This document shows, in pieces, positions 1 to 14,892 of a DNA stretch of 64,000 bases (positions are counted from its first letter, which is position 1; each line of letters opens with the position of its first letter). The position numbers were made by a program, and so were the translations under genes. Origin of the DNA: Octopus vulgaris (lineage: Eukaryota); NCBI GenBank assembly GCA_951406725.2, contig OX597814.1, positions 45,074,001-45,138,000 on the forward strand. The letters run 5' to 3'. The notes under the pieces are model-generated. The model searched no databases, was not told the DNA's origin, and worked only from the letters and a program-made list of their open reading frames with translations.

Positions 1-648
<648 letters not shown>

Positions 649-1782
649 ATATCTATATAATGTATGCAAACATATATATACAAAAAGTATATGTGAATAT
701 GCTTATAGATGCCGAAACGTATATGTGTGTGTGTATGTATATATATACATACACACACATGCGTGTATGTGCACACACGCACATACACACACACGCACAC
801 ACACACACACACACCAGCGTATGTGTCAGTATATGGAGGTATTATTGTCACTACGAATAGCATTGAGAATTACTTAGAGTTGGGAAGATATTGTACTTTA
901 CACATAGCTTTTAATCAATTTAGTAGCAATACAAACAAAGCATTGTGTATGATTCACTTCTGTATTTTAGCTGGTAATTGAAGCAATCTCTCGTTGTAAC
1001 GATACATTCTGCTGTTAGTTCCAAATGTTGTCGTAAATTTGGAGACAAGTCTGTTGAAAACTGAAAATAATACAAAAGCTGTGGTATGTATGATAGTAAT
1101 TAAATGTAAGGACACGAAAATAAAATGTTTTTAAATGTGATTAAAACTGAGAGTTTCAGGAAAAGGGCGATGAGAATTCTCATTTTTTGTCTTCTAAAGT
1201 ACATTTGCAACATAAGGAATTGCTCTAAAGGACAATCGAAACCAACTTTTGACCTTCATTCTCGTAAAGTATCTTTGGTCGTTTTCAAAACTATCTCTGG
1301 TCATCACTTACATCGCAAACCAGGATACGTGTCAGAACACGTGGTGAATTTGACTGTTATAGACTAGTGTCCTATCCAGTGTAACTAGAGCCCTATCTCT
1401 TAATTTCACATAGTGAAAGTGGTGAAAACATAGAGAAACCATTTCTTCAGAAATCTCTGTTCATGCTAAATATACTGGCTCTCTAAAGATCATCAACGCT
1501 AGAATATCTATTTACAGTGGTGTATGATTAGGAATACTAGCTATACTGACTCGTTAATTTCCTTAAGAAATTATTTTCATTGTTCCGTTGCTACAGTATC
1601 AGAGTCCAAAGTGAGAGTTATAGCAAAGTCGATACTACTATTTATATAATATGGATTATATAAATAATCAGTTTTGCTTAAATGGTTATGTATTAAATAC
1701 CAACTCTGCTAAATTTTTTTACAAACAAAACATAAAGACGGTGTCTCTATTTGTTGGCCATCAATATTTTCAGCAATATGGA

Positions 1783-2382
1783 AGGCGGCGAGCTGGCAGA
1801 AACGTTAGCACGCCGGGCGAAATGCTTAGCGGTATTTCGTCTGCTGTTACGTTCTGAGTTCAAATTCTGCCGAGGTCGACTTTGCTTTTCATCCTTTCAG
1901 GGTCGATAATTTAAGTACCAGTTACGCACTGGGGCCGATGTAATCGACTTAATCCATTTGTCTGTCCTTGTTTGTCCACTCTATGTTTAGCCCCTTGTGG
2001 GTAGTAAAGAAATAGGTATATCGTCTGCCGTTATGTTCTGAGTTCAAATTCCGCCGAAATCGACTTTGCCTTTCATCCTTTCGGGGTCGATAAATTAAGT
2101 ATCAGTTACGCACTGGGGCCGATGTAATCGACTTAATCCATTTGTCTGTCTTTGTTTGTCCCCTCAATGTTTAGTCCCTTGTGGGCAATAGAGAAATAAG
2201 AAACTTTAGCACGTCCGGCGGTATTTCGTCTGTCTTTACATTCTGAGTTCAAATTCCGCCGAGGTAGACTTTGCCTTTCATCCTTTAGGTCGATAAATTA
2301 AGTACTAGTTGCGTACTGGGGTCGATCTAATCGACTGATCCCCTCCCCCAAAATTTCAGGCCTTGCGCCTAGAGTAGCAAGG
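1783..2382 (+). mobile_element. tRNA-derived SINE 'family A' (Meta-domain-like core), trimeric array
   Basis: A-box-like GGCGAGCTGGCAGAAACGTTAG and B-box GAGTTCAAATTC are present. The core GTCGACTTTGCCTTTCATCCTTTCGGGGTCGATAAATTAAGTACCAG recurs three times. A 16-bp TSD AATATTTTCAGCAATA lies at 1763-1778 and 2383-2398. Confidence 0.92.
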
Positions 2383-2639
2383 AATATTTTCAGCAATAGG
2401 ACGTCATCATTATGTCTTGAAGTTTGTATTTCAACCATTATCATCCAATATGATTATTTCTCATTACTACTGCAGCTAAACATTTGTTTTACTTCACGTA
2501 CGAATCTTTTATTAATCAAAACAGATAGTTAATTTTTCTGATATTTGGGAAAATACCATTCTTTTTAACTCACAATAAACCAAAGGATTAGGAATTCAAC
2601 TCCACTTTCTGAAGCGTAAAGCACTAGTCAATCACAGAA

Positions 2640-3010
2640 TGAGATTTTTTTTATACAGGTATCTTCCTGAAAGGATTACGTGATCTCGTTACGGCAAGCC
2701 CTTTAGTTTTCTGTCCTTACAATATTACTTCTGCTGGTTGTGATGTATTATAGAGCTCTTGAGATAAGTGGATTCGCCGTATCTTCTCGAAATCTGCTTT
2801 GTACGATTCTGGACCAAAATTCATTTGCTATGAGCATCATTGCCATAGTTTTCTGTCTATTAAATCACGACTTATTTCAAAATATCTAAATTGTTTGCCT
2901 CAGCTGCATTCAGCGTGGCGGAATACAGAGTTCATATCCAATCAATGCTAATGCACTGTATTCCTGCCAATATATGAATTTCTTGTACTGTTTCCAAAGA
3001 AATTTTGGGA
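2640..3010 (-). mobile_element. Possible highly degraded RTE-like LINE 3' fragment
   Basis: The minus-strand pieces QELYNTSQP and SNIVRT faintly resemble the RTE C-terminal ELY..LP..S..IR.RRL motif. There are many stops. Confidence 0.25.
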
Positions 3011-3402
3011 GGAAAGTTTATGGATATAAGCCATAGTTATTATCATTCTATCATTGGTGATAGTTGCAATATTTTTCAATATTTACTTGATACCATACCA
3101 TAGAACTATTGCACCAGTGTGACTTGCCGCTAGCTACAACTCATAATGACGGACTTTTCAGTGGTTATCAAATGATCCAATAGATTACGTCACTCGTACT
3201 TTGTAAGGAGACAAAGAAGCCATAAAATAAAACGCTTCAAGCTACTGTCACATATTAATAACCAAAAATCTTTGAATTACAAGTGACCAGATGACAGCGA
3301 TTATGATGACGATGATTTTGTTCGGCCTGACTATTACCACCCCATCGACATCGTCATCGCCATCATCCTTTACATTTTCATCATTATAATTAATAGCATT
3401 GT

Positions 3403-3509
<107 letters not shown>

Positions 3510-4807
3510 CCGTTGTTGTCATCGTCATTAGAAGCATCACCAACATGAGGGTAGAGGAGTTATGGTTATGGTGGTTGTGGTAGTAGTAGTTGTAGTGGTG
3601 GTGGTGATGACGATGGTGAAACATTTTTTTTTAAATCCTACACAACTAATGCAGCTTCTCTTTTTTTTTTTAATCAGATGCCAGTAAGATAAATAATGTC
3701 TTCGTTTAAGTATAAGCAGTCACCGTCGACTACCGACGAACAGCCAATGGTGATGCTGTTATAATGATTATATAAGATACTGGTATGCAGAGCGTATTAA
3801 GAGTAGCTTTATTCTGTATCTTTTAAACGAAATGTTTTCAATTTATTTTTTTTTTTAAATAATATGAGGTTTCCTAATAGTTATTGACAGTGAATTCCAT
3901 AAATCTGATGTGTAATACTGTGATTGTTGCTAACTAGCACCAAGAAATAATTGGAAGAGTTCAAACTAGTAAAACGAAGAAGCAAATTTTGACACTTTTC
4001 TAAATTGTAAATCCAAAACATTTTTCAGGTATACACATTCTTAGAGCTGTGGCTAATGAAGACTGGTTTATTTTTATCACTTTTAGTGTAATTATCTTCG
4101 TCGCGGTTGCCATCATTGTTGTTGTTGTTGTTGTCGTCACAGTCGTCGTCATCGTCGTCACCATAATCATCATCATCATCACCATCTTTCTCGTTGTTGT
4201 TTACATTTTTTATTTCTCCTTCGTAAGTTAATTTAAACCAGAAGGTGATATTACGTCTGCGTATTTTTTTTTTTATAATCTATGTCCGTATGTTTAATTT
4301 TGTTATGTAACGTTTTTCTTGTTTGTTTTCATTTTATTTGCAGTTAAATAGTTTGTTTTGAATTTTAGTTTCTTTAACTAATCGTATAATGTTGCTAGAT
4401 CAGTTGCGTTATCAAAAAGTAACATTTTAACTGTTGTAGCAGCTGAAGTCGACATTTTTCTTTTCATTTTTCTTCCGGCAGTCGTACAAATTAGCATTAT
4501 CGTCATTGTTATTGGAAACATTGTCCTCATCTAGTTGTGTGATTCTTGTGAAACCACCTGTTTTCTTTATTTTCTCTTATAATAATTTCATTTTCTTTCT
4601 CTCAATCGCTGTTTCTAAAATTTTCCTTAGCATTTTATTAATATAATTTTTAAGTTCGCTACCGTGCGTGTTTTCTTTATTTCTTTATCTATCCCCTCAC
4701 AGAGCATTTGCTTTCTCCTATAATTCTATTCGATTTAACCTATTTTAAGGATAATTTTGGGTAACCTTTAAAAGTTTAGTATGTTTTATATTTTTGTCTG
4801 TTTTATT

Positions 4808-4865
<58 letters not shown>

Positions 4866-5544
4866 CTTTCGTCTTTTTTTCTTCTTTTATCCATCTCTAT
4901 TTCTTCCACTAGTTCCTTTTATTATTTCTTACATTCCACCGCCATTTTTCTTAGTTGAAATCGTCTGCTAGGCTTTCTTTTATCATTCGTCACATATATG
5001 CGGTGAAATTAAATTTTAGCTACTTATCGTTCCGTTCCTCCGTCTAGAGAATAATTCCATTATCGTAGAAATAGTGTCTCTTTAGATGTCTGCATCATTC
5101 TATTTTCTTTCCCAATTTCGTTTTCTCTCTTTTTCTCTTTCTTTTTATCCTTTTCCCTTTTAACTCCCCTCCCACCTCTCTCTCTCTCTTTCCCCTCTCT
5201 CTCTTTTCCCTTCTCTCTCTCTCTCTCTCGTCATATTCTTACGTGCACACACTTCACGAATCTATGTAGGACCCTTGTTCTCTCTGTTCTTACTGCTTCA
5301 TTACTATTACCACTTTGTTTTGGCTTTTCTTCGCTTTGTTCTGTAAGCCCCTCTCTCCTTTTGTTATTCCTTTCTCTATCTTATTTTCTGGCAAACACCC
5401 AGATACGTACACACCCTACCCATCTATCTAACTCTTTATATATCTTCATAATCTCTTTGTTTTTATTTTATTTTTGGTATTCTCAGTCTTATGGTCTCTA
5501 TCTCACCTCACTTACCCCTCGATCATTTTACATCTCTCTCTTAA

Positions 5545-5597
<53 letters not shown>

Positions 5598-5802
5598 AAT
5601 CTCATTTTTGCTCACATTTTCTGTCAAGGGACTTGAATCCAATATAAATGAACAATTCAATGTAAACGAATGACAGTTATGGATAGGATATAAAATAGCT
5701 AGAGAGAGAAAGAGACACATTCATATAGAAGATACAACTTATATATGCATATACATATACTCAAAAACACACATACATACACGCACACAAACACAAACGT
5801 AC

Positions 5803-5850
<48 letters not shown>

Positions 5851-5948
5851 ATCTCTAACACATGTGAACGCAAAAATACACACATCTATACGTGTACAAG
5901 CATGTATTCTGAAGCCTCAGCTTATATACTTTATTCACACACGCACAC

Positions 5949-6000
<52 letters not shown>

Positions 6001-6854
6001 ACACTTATACACATATACATTTACATGTACAAGCAAATGTGGTTGCAGTCACACAAAACATACACCCATTTAAAAGCGAATCACAATGATGTATACATAA
6101 ATACAATATACACACATATATAACAGTGAAAATATATAATCATTCGCATATATACATATATATGCACACGCATGTAAGCAAACAGATGCAGACATACAAA
6201 ATATACATACATTTAAAAGAAAATATCAGTGAAGTACGCACAAAGATCACACACATAGTCACAGAAACTTACATGTACACGCCGTTATTTGCTCAAATAT
6301 ATAAGGATATACAAAATGTTTTGGGGATATTTTTTACGTTAAATATGACTAGCAGCAAGCAAAGAAAACACAATGTGTCTAATCGAATATTCAGAAAAAA
6401 GACTTACTTATTCACTAAAAAGAAAACTACAGAGAAATTCTTTAGTCAATATAATATGAATAAATATTTATTTATCTCATGTATTATCGTAATAAATAGA
6501 GTGGATTGTCTGACCTTTCGTGATCAGAAATAACCATTACAACTGGTAATCAGCTCCCATTGATTTCAAATGGAATCAGAATATGAGTTGTGACGTTCAA
6601 ACCTTTCATACATGCATTAACAAAATAAGGGGAATAACTGTGGACAGGAGTGAAGCTTAGATCGCAAGGCTTTGTTTTTCGAAATCTTGCCGTTTATGAT
6701 ATCAATCTATTAGATACTATTTTAAACAATTTGATGAGCATCAAAGACCAAAATATAAAACTCTCATGTGAATGGAGTGCGCAATGTAGTTTGATTTCCG
6801 GTTCAGATCATTCCACTTAGTTTATGCTACAATTAACAATCTTCAACATGTGCA

Positions 6855-7042
6855 CAAGGTCTGAAACTTCGGTGCGTGTACAGTCGTTTATATCAATTCC
6901 AGTTCTAGACTGTTTCTTATTTTATCGATCAACCATCAACGTTGTCTTCGGTTGGAGTTGAACTTAGAACGTAATGGAAATCAAGAAAATATTGTAAAAA
7001 GTTTTACCTGCCACTCAATCGATTCTGCAAATTTACCAGCCT
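6855..7042 (-). mobile_element. Old diverged SINE family A copy
   Basis: Reverse complement matches to the core (CTTATTTTATCGATC), the B-box (TTGAACTTAGAACGTAA) and the head (GATTCTGCAAATTTACC). Confidence 0.6.
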
Positions 7043-7195
7043 GCCCAGAGCAACGGTAAAGTATGAACAATGTGTGTTCTAATTTTATTTCTGTTACACG
7101 AAATCTTTGTGTTTAGGTATAAGTAATGTACATAATAATTGGTTAATATTTGAATTGGGATTGTGAGACGGATATTCAAAATACGTATATACGTG

Positions 7196-7262
<67 letters not shown>

Positions 7263-7266
<4 letters not shown>

Positions 7267-7930
7267 TTTAAGGTGAAAAAGCAGATAATGTAGATAAAAA
7301 TTATTTAATTAAGCCATTACAATACGTACAGAGTCGACTGGTTTCACTTCGTTAATCATGACTCAATGTTATGAAATCATAATAAGTTTTTGATTTAATC
7401 TCGCGTAGAAGCAGTCATGAAACAGTTTTGCATTTATACAGGAGATTATAGCTCAAAGGGATAATCAGTGAATATAATGTTTTTTAGCTAAAGGGATAAT
7501 TAGTGGATATAGTATCTCTTAGCTAATGGGCGGTTTTTCTTTTTTTCTTTTGTTTTGGTTGTTTTTTTATTTGTGAATTCCATTTTATATCTATTTTAAG
7601 TTCTGGTTTTCAATAAACGTGGCCTCTTTATTTAGTCGTTTTTGAGTGGAGGTCCTTGCCGTGCATTGATATAGTGGGAATATTGTGAATTATGGTTGGC
7701 GTTCCTTAGACGGTATTGGGGTGGAGATTTGTTACGTCTGAGGGACATCCCTGTTAAACCTATATGGTTCCTGCTGCAGCCGGAACATGTTATGACGTAG
7801 ATAAGATTTTCAGAGGCGCAAGTGAAGTCAGTTTTAATTTTAAAATGGAATTGCTTAAAATGGAATTCTGAGTCTTCTATTACGTTGGGACATGTTCCAC
7901 AGTTCGGTTCTCGACATTTTTTAAACTCTT
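7263..7930 (-). mobile_element. Penelope-like element 3' remnant: GIY-YIG endonuclease fragment plus pseudo-LTR
   Basis: Minus strand about 7925-7735 reads [14 protein letters not shown]...KTDFTCASENLIYVITCSGCSRNHIGLTGMSLRR, a Cys-rich linker plus the IY..YIG motif. The 3' end abuts (TA)n. Confidence 0.85.
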
Positions 7931-7941
7931 GGTTTCGTTAT

Positions 7942-8002
<61 letters not shown>

Positions 8003-8329
8003 CATATATATATACATATATATATATGTATGTATGTATGCGCGCGAGCGTGTGTGTGTGCGCGCGCATACGCATAGCTACTCCATTTTCTACATACATA
8101 TGATATTGTAATGGATAAGAATTACAGTCTATGTAAATGCATTGCGAAGCAAACACTAGATCTATTTATATATTCTCGAAAATTTAAACAAATACATTGA
8201 CAATATTGTGAAATTCAAAATTATTTATTCCCTTAATAATGTAGGAAAACCATAAATTGCTTAGTTGCATATTAGAGTCCCAAAATGATATAACAGATCA
8301 CGAATTTATATAAATAGAGAGAGATAAAT

Positions 8330-8424
8330 ACATACATGCATACATTCATACATGCATGCATACATACATACATACATACATACATACATACATACATACA
8401 TACATACATACATACATACATACA

Positions 8425-8455
<31 letters not shown>
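8330..8455. repeat. (TACA)n microsatellite
   Basis: Seen directly in the sequence. Confidence 0.95.
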
Positions 8456-8456
<1 letters not shown>

Positions 8457-8619
8457 CACGCTCTCCCTTCGATTTCGACATATGAGTAGCCAATTGTTTG
8501 AACACCTGAGCGGCCAAAGTTTTGAATTAATCTAAAGCTGACAGAGTACTCCACGAACAGGTATTCTCTTAATACTCAGTAGAATCAGGGCGACACAAAT
8601 GGGCAATTACAAGTATACT

Positions 8620-8757
8620 CGACAGACTACTACAAATTACATCTACCCCGTTTTGCTCAAGAGGTTTGGCTCGAAACGAGAAATGCCACAGGGTGGTATC
8701 CAATCAGAGACCTCATGTTTATAGATGATAATTTCTTAACCATTCAGCTATTCCTAC
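8620..8757 (-). mobile_element. Degraded head of SINE family B
   Basis: ATGCCACAGGGTGG...CTTAACCATTCAGCTATTCCT resembles the reverse complement of the family B head. Confidence 0.4.
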
Positions 8758-8788
8758 CAGTATAAGTACATAAATATATATATTCACC

Positions 8789-8820
<32 letters not shown>

Positions 8821-11416
8821 TAAATTTGCGTTTTAATAAATCATTTTAGGACTCTAATATTCAACTAAGCAATTACTTGTTTTCCCTTGATATTATGAAA
8901 GTCAATAATTTTGAACCTGACATTCAATACCTTGTTGGTGTTCTATACGTTCACGTTTTCGATAGTATATAAATAGATTTAATATCCAGTAACGTAAAGT
9001 GTAATTATTACCCATAACAAAATCAGATTCCTGATAATATTAAGACTTATCTATATTTTAGAATCAACAAATGTCGGTTTTCTTTACAGATACGCTAGTA
9101 TTCTCTAAATACTTTCTTTGTTTCCAAATATCTGTCCGTTTGTCGGTGTCCCTGTCACGAAAAAAAAAGTAATAGAAAAAATAAGCAGATAAGTATGTAT
9201 GTTTGATAGACTTCACACAGACATACCAAAACAAAAAGACATTGTTAATGATGAATTTTAGAAAAGTCTCAGTGATTTGATTAATGCATTTGTCTAGAGA
9301 ATTGCAATTTTTTAAGTAGAATATCAAGCCGACGCTAGCGGTCTCTCTTCTCGTTTGCACATCCCCAGAGTATAAATAATTGGAATTATATAAACATGCG
9401 GAATAAATTTTAATTTAGAGGGAAAGACATAGAGGAGAAAAATTAACAACTCTAAGATGTATATTCCACTCTGTTACAGTTATTAGTTACCTGACGGTGA
9501 CAAAGATATATAGCTTTTAGATTTCCTCGTCTTTATTCTTCCAAAGTTTCCATTGTTTGTAAAGATTTATGTCTCCGGCCATATAATTCAAATTTACATA
9601 ATTATTTATTTATTTAAATATGATGTAACTTCATTATGAAGTTAATGATTGTGTTCCAAGTTATACTGAAATTCATATTTTTAGAAAAGCTTGGTCTTCA
9701 TTAGTCAGTTAAGTGAAGGGCAAACTCCAATGTTCCTGTAAAAACACATTGAAATTTGAGTGGAGGTAGAGTTAGTGTAAGTAATGTTAATCCAAATTAT
9801 GTTAAGCTAAACATCTTGGAATAATAATGTTAACAGAAAGGCAGTTGCTGGAGAGATATAATTTTATGAATAAAAGAACAGAGAAAATGTTAGGTGCGTG
9901 AGTTAGGGATATCTATACTTATTATTGTTTGGATGAAGGAAGAAATGTATACATTTCAAAGCAGAATTAGTTCAAATGAGTAGATACTATTTTATTAACA
10001 GTACGATGGCCCTGAGACGAATAACAAAATGAAACTTGTTATTGTGGATTTGCTTATCTCTCAGATAGCATATTTGAAATGGAATCGAACCATCCGGTCA
10101 GAGAGTGGCAACGTACGCTATTACTAATATAGATTTCTAGCTTTGATGCAAAATCAAACATTTATAGTTAAAACTGTAGACGAATGAATCTATCAAAGTA
10201 TGTAACTGCAACTTAGTTTCATCAACCTTCGAGATATAAAAGATAAATTCTAGTTGTATTCGAATTTAGAACATAAAGGAAAAATAACTAGATGCCAGTA
10301 CTCTATAGTTTCTGTCCCTCACTTCACCCTTTTCCACTTCTCAATATTGTTAATATAGAAACTATACAACATGCCATTGTTTGCTCGTACTTTATAAAGT
10401 GTTTATTAACTTAAAACCAAAATTATTATTCTCTTTCGAAAAAACAAACCTAATTTCTCCGATATTGTTTTACGAGAAAGGTCATATGAAGTCAGCTAAT
10501 AAGTGAAAGGATTACTGATTTTTGTACGAAATTGTTTATGAGCAATAGAATAATTTTGATTTATATAGGTGATAAATTTATATTTACGTTACCAGATAAT
10601 GAGAATCAATTTCACGGTTGAGTGCCAGTTCTTTTTAACGATGAGTGTTTAAGTAAGGCCTTGTAATATTAGGAATGTAAGTTAAATATGTAGGAGTGTC
10701 ATCATTGTAGGTGATCGTAGGTTGAAGCATGAGAGAGAAAATATCTTATGCAGAGAAAAAGAAGTGTGTTAAAAGCGAATAAATTCGTGAAGAAGACTAG
10801 ATTTTGTCCTTTTTTTCACAAGATGCAATAGAGCGTTCAATTAAAATTGCATGGCCTAAATAATTAAGTTAGATGTAGCTAATAATTCTTCGTTTTACGT
10901 TGCAAAATTTTAGGGAGGCTTCACTGAAGCTCTTGCTGATGTTTTAGGACGGAGACTATATTTCCAAATTCCTTTAAAACACAGCAGCTTTGATGAAAAC
11001 CTGCAGTAAACTTTCTTTTTAAAAGGTCATATTTCTGATCGCGCTATATAGATATGAATTAAATATTCTACAGAACGTCATTGTCAATAATTGTCTCCTA
11101 TAATTGAAGTAGGTGAAATCGATCAGCAAACGTGGCGGTCAGATATGAGCGAAGTATATAATTTATGCTGCAGTATTCAATATGAATATCAATTTAGTAC
11201 AATGAGTTTCTCGGTGGTTGTTGGAGTAGTTTTAAGAACGATGAATTAACCAGTTTAATGAGAAGCAAATTTTATCGATACAAAACTGTGTTAATATCCT
11301 AGTGGTAGACTAATATCAATAAACAACAATAGTTTTACGTATAGCGTATCTGTCATATTCACAATATAAAAATTGTAGTTATAATAGTAAGTTTAATAAT
11401 AGTTGTGGCAATGTTG

Positions 11417-13830
11417 TGGCGAGCTGGTAGAACCTTTAGAGAACGAGGAAGGAGAACTGGTTTGAGACCACACAGAATATCCTTTTCCACGTAAATCCTG
11501 AATATCTGGAAAGGATCACAGATCTCATTTTCCAGACGAATGGGGTCTGGGGGTCTTAGTGCAAGTAATGGTGGAAAGCAAATGTCCGGAATTTGTATAT
11601 AGAGCCATCGATCATCTCCGAGTTTTCTGCTAACACAATCAAAACACCAATAACAAACGACAACAGAGGTAGGAATAACAGCTTCAGTGAGGGTTCGAAA
11701 GGGCAATAATAACACATCTGTACCAGCATTGTTAGTAACAGCCACAACATCAGTAAAGGCGGCATCGTCAGTAAAGCCAACATGGAAACAGCAACAACAG
11801 CAGTACAAACAATATTATCATCTAATGCATCAGCAATAGCGACTGTGATGACGGAAAATCTTATATATAAAAGAGAGGTTGTGTGTCTGTCTCCTACGAT
11901 TTAGATTCCTAACTACTCCCACATTTTGCGCTGCAGTTTAACCAAAAACGGGTATCTTATAGTCGTGATTCATATCGAGCCTTTCTGGGTATTAGCGCGC
12001 GTCTACGATGAGTCTACGATTTTTAAAAACAATTACCATCATTTTTTCCATTTTAATGCATTTTTTCGCTAGTATATAAGGGAAGTAACTCTCTAAAAAT
12101 GTCTACGCTGAGTCAACGATTTTTAAAAAAAATTTACCATCATTTTTTCCATTTTAATGCATTTTTCGCTAGTATATAAGGGAAGTAATTCTCTAAAAAT
12201 GTCTATGCTGAGTCAACGATTAAAAAAAAAATTTACCATCATTTTTTTTTCCATTTTTAATGCATTTTTTTTTTGCTATTTTTTGGCTATAATTCTCTAA
12301 AAATGTTTATATAGTTATTTCCCTTACAAACCCGAGCAACGCCGAGCGATACTGCTAGTAACGAATACAACACTCCCAGCAAATTTTTCTCTTCCTTCTC
12401 TTGTCCCTTTAGCTTCGACATGCATAAAGACATCAGCACACAAGAAAACATATCCTGATCTGTCTCAGTTGGAGTTTTCCGAACAAACAGTCGATTGTGA
12501 CAAGGAGTAGGGAGCTAAAGAAAAAAAAAGCAACTAACAGAAAAACAGCAAAACACAAAACAAACATAGAGATACGTGGAAAGGACTACAATAAAAAGTA
12601 AATTGAAAGTCCCTGACAAGAATAGGAAAATTAGAGAGAGTTTTCAATCATGACAGTGAAAACAGCCTCGAAAAGGATCCTTTATAGTTTCCCTAAGAAA
12701 TCTCATAAAGAGAAGAGGTTGTAACACAATCGATTTCCAGCAGGTTAAGCCAATAAGGAAAGTGACTCCCTTTCCATTTTCCTTTCTTTCTTATGAAAAT
12801 AACAACTTTAAGAAAGATTTGCATAAATGCACGTGACCTGATGGCACCGTGAAAATAGGGTCGCCTGCTGAATGACTTCAGGTCACTAGCTATAGATGTG
12901 ATTGCCATAAAAAAGACAGGATTTGCGACACGCACTTTGGCGCCCATTTTAGGCATATTTGAACTGATCTGGAATGGGAAACGAATGGGGATGGTGGTGT
13001 CGTTTCAGAAAGGCTTGGCTTCGAGATGCAGTCCTTCACCCTGGGCCCATGTAAGTTGGTTGTCCTGGATACGAACAGTAGTAAAGGCGGTGTATTCAGA
13101 CTGGTGGTTGTCTACGACCCAATGAGGCGGCTGGAGATTTTCTCAGGAATATACTGCTCTTTTGTGTTAGTGGATGATTACAACGCCATCTTGGAAGTTG
13201 TGTGTGAGATTAGCGGTACAAAGAGGGTGTTCAATAGCTTCTCAAACCTTCTTAGACGTTTACAACTGTCTGACAGGCACTGGATTTTCCGAATGTTCCC
13301 CAATTCGGTCTTTGATGTATCGGGAGAGGCACGTGCTACTCGATTCCAAGCAACGTCCTTTGTTTGAAAAGGACAAGCAGTTTTCCTATGCCTGATGCCT
13401 ACAGCGAAAGAGGTTGTGTGGCGACGAGCTTAAAAGAACTGAAGAGAGACACTTTTCACTTGAACCAAACCCTCATTCACTTCTTTGTGCTCTATTTAAT
13501 AACGATGGTGGGGTTGGACAGCATGTGCTGGATGTAGTGAGTATAGCCCGAGTGAGTGGCCTACTCTAAGTTTGTTCCTGTAAGGTGGAAAAAACGGACG
13601 GAAGAGAAGTGTCTCCCCTGGTGCCCTTGACGGTCGGGCAGATCCAGGATTAGTGGAGTTCCGTGGTTATTTTTGGGTGGTGCTGCATACAGTTGGTGAA
13701 TTTTTTGTAATCTGTTTTCTGGTTTTCATCGTTTTATTGTTTACGCGCGTATATGTAAATACCAACTATCGTATGCCGTTGTACTGCCCGAAATGTTTTT
13801 TGCAGCCCTTGTGGCCAATAACGAAAATAT
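11417..13830 (+). mobile_element. Tx1/L1-clade LINE remnant (ORF1 piece, APE endonuclease, large internal deletion, C-terminus and 3' UTR), interrupted by a Helitron
   Basis: 12790-13270 reads CINARDL..K.GRLLNDFRSLAIDVIAIK and KLVVLDTNSSKGGVFRLVVVYDP..SFVLVDDYNAIL, matching L1-type APE motifs N.RGL, VYAP and GD.N. The 3' end is GCCCTTGTGGCCAATAACGAAAATA. The ORF1 assignment of 11440-12700 is weaker. Confidence 0.75.
11859..12358 (+). mobile_element. Non-autonomous Helitron with internal ~100-bp tandem repeats
   Basis: The 5' end is A|TCTTATATATAAAAG. The 3' end has the subterminal GC-rich hairpin-like CCCGAGCAACGCCGAG followed by CTAG|T. Insertion is between A and T with no TSD. About three repeat units span 12002-12310. 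Confidence 0.85.
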
Positions 13831-14892
13831 GATCATGACTGAAAGTGAAGTGTCACTTATTTGATATTTTTCATTTGTAACTTCTGTTTGCTAATTATTT
13901 CTACTGTCGAAATCAGAATAGGAATTATCTTAACACTTATGAATGTCGACACAGTTTTCCCATACCTTTTGAAGTTGTCTTTTGTACTTGTTTCATCTTT
14001 CTAACTCGTTCTACTGTCACCTCACAGCTATGACTGTAATCATTCTTGTCGTTTTCATCAACCACACGTCACACGGCTGTTAAAATTCTGCAAACTTTTA
14101 ATGACGTTCTCGTTCACCTGATAACAGTTTTGTGGATATGTTCAGACTATTTCTCCAGCTGCTGAAACCTTCTCAGAGTTCATCGTTCAGTGAGTAACTC
14201 AGCCAATGTAGATATAACTAATGTGGTTTATATTTACTTTTAGCTATATTCTTCAATTCACATATAACCTGAATATTATTCTCCTTCTCATATATTTGGG
14301 GAAAAATTTATGGTTTGCTTAAGTGGAACTTAATGCACTTTATTAGCAGGATTTGTTACCGTCCTATAGAGATCAAAGATTCAACCTTAGTCTTTAAATT
14401 GATCTACTTTAACCATCGCCTGGATCCTTCGAGTTCAGTCTTCTCTCATTTGCTCACTTTCTCTCTCTCTTTCTCTCTTCCTTTCTTTCTCTCTCTCCCT
14501 CTCTCCTCTTTGTTTCTTGAAAATAATGTATTCTAATTTTCTATATTTTCGTTCTATTTTTTTTCTATTCTCTTTCTACGCCTCGTTTTCTTTACTTTTT
14601 TCAATGATCTATGATCCTTTTGTTCTTTTAATAAGCAATTTTGAACAGTTCACGTACCAACCAAAACTATTCTCGTCCTTTCATTTATTCTTCACTTCTT
14701 TTTATAGCTATCTTTCTATCTATAATTCATCAATGCAGCTGTTCAGAAGGAATATACAGCATGTTTTCAATAGTTTTCTTATTCCCGCTAAACTATTTAT
14801 GTGATTCAATTCTCTATTTTTTATATAGATTTTTACAATTTCTCCGTCAGGTAATTGCACCTTTCTAAAATCAAATACTTCTCTTTACAAAC

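Noticed and set aside
2640-2665. TACAGGTATCT resembling the 3' end of miR-993
   Set aside because: The seed region is absent and there is no precursor hairpin.
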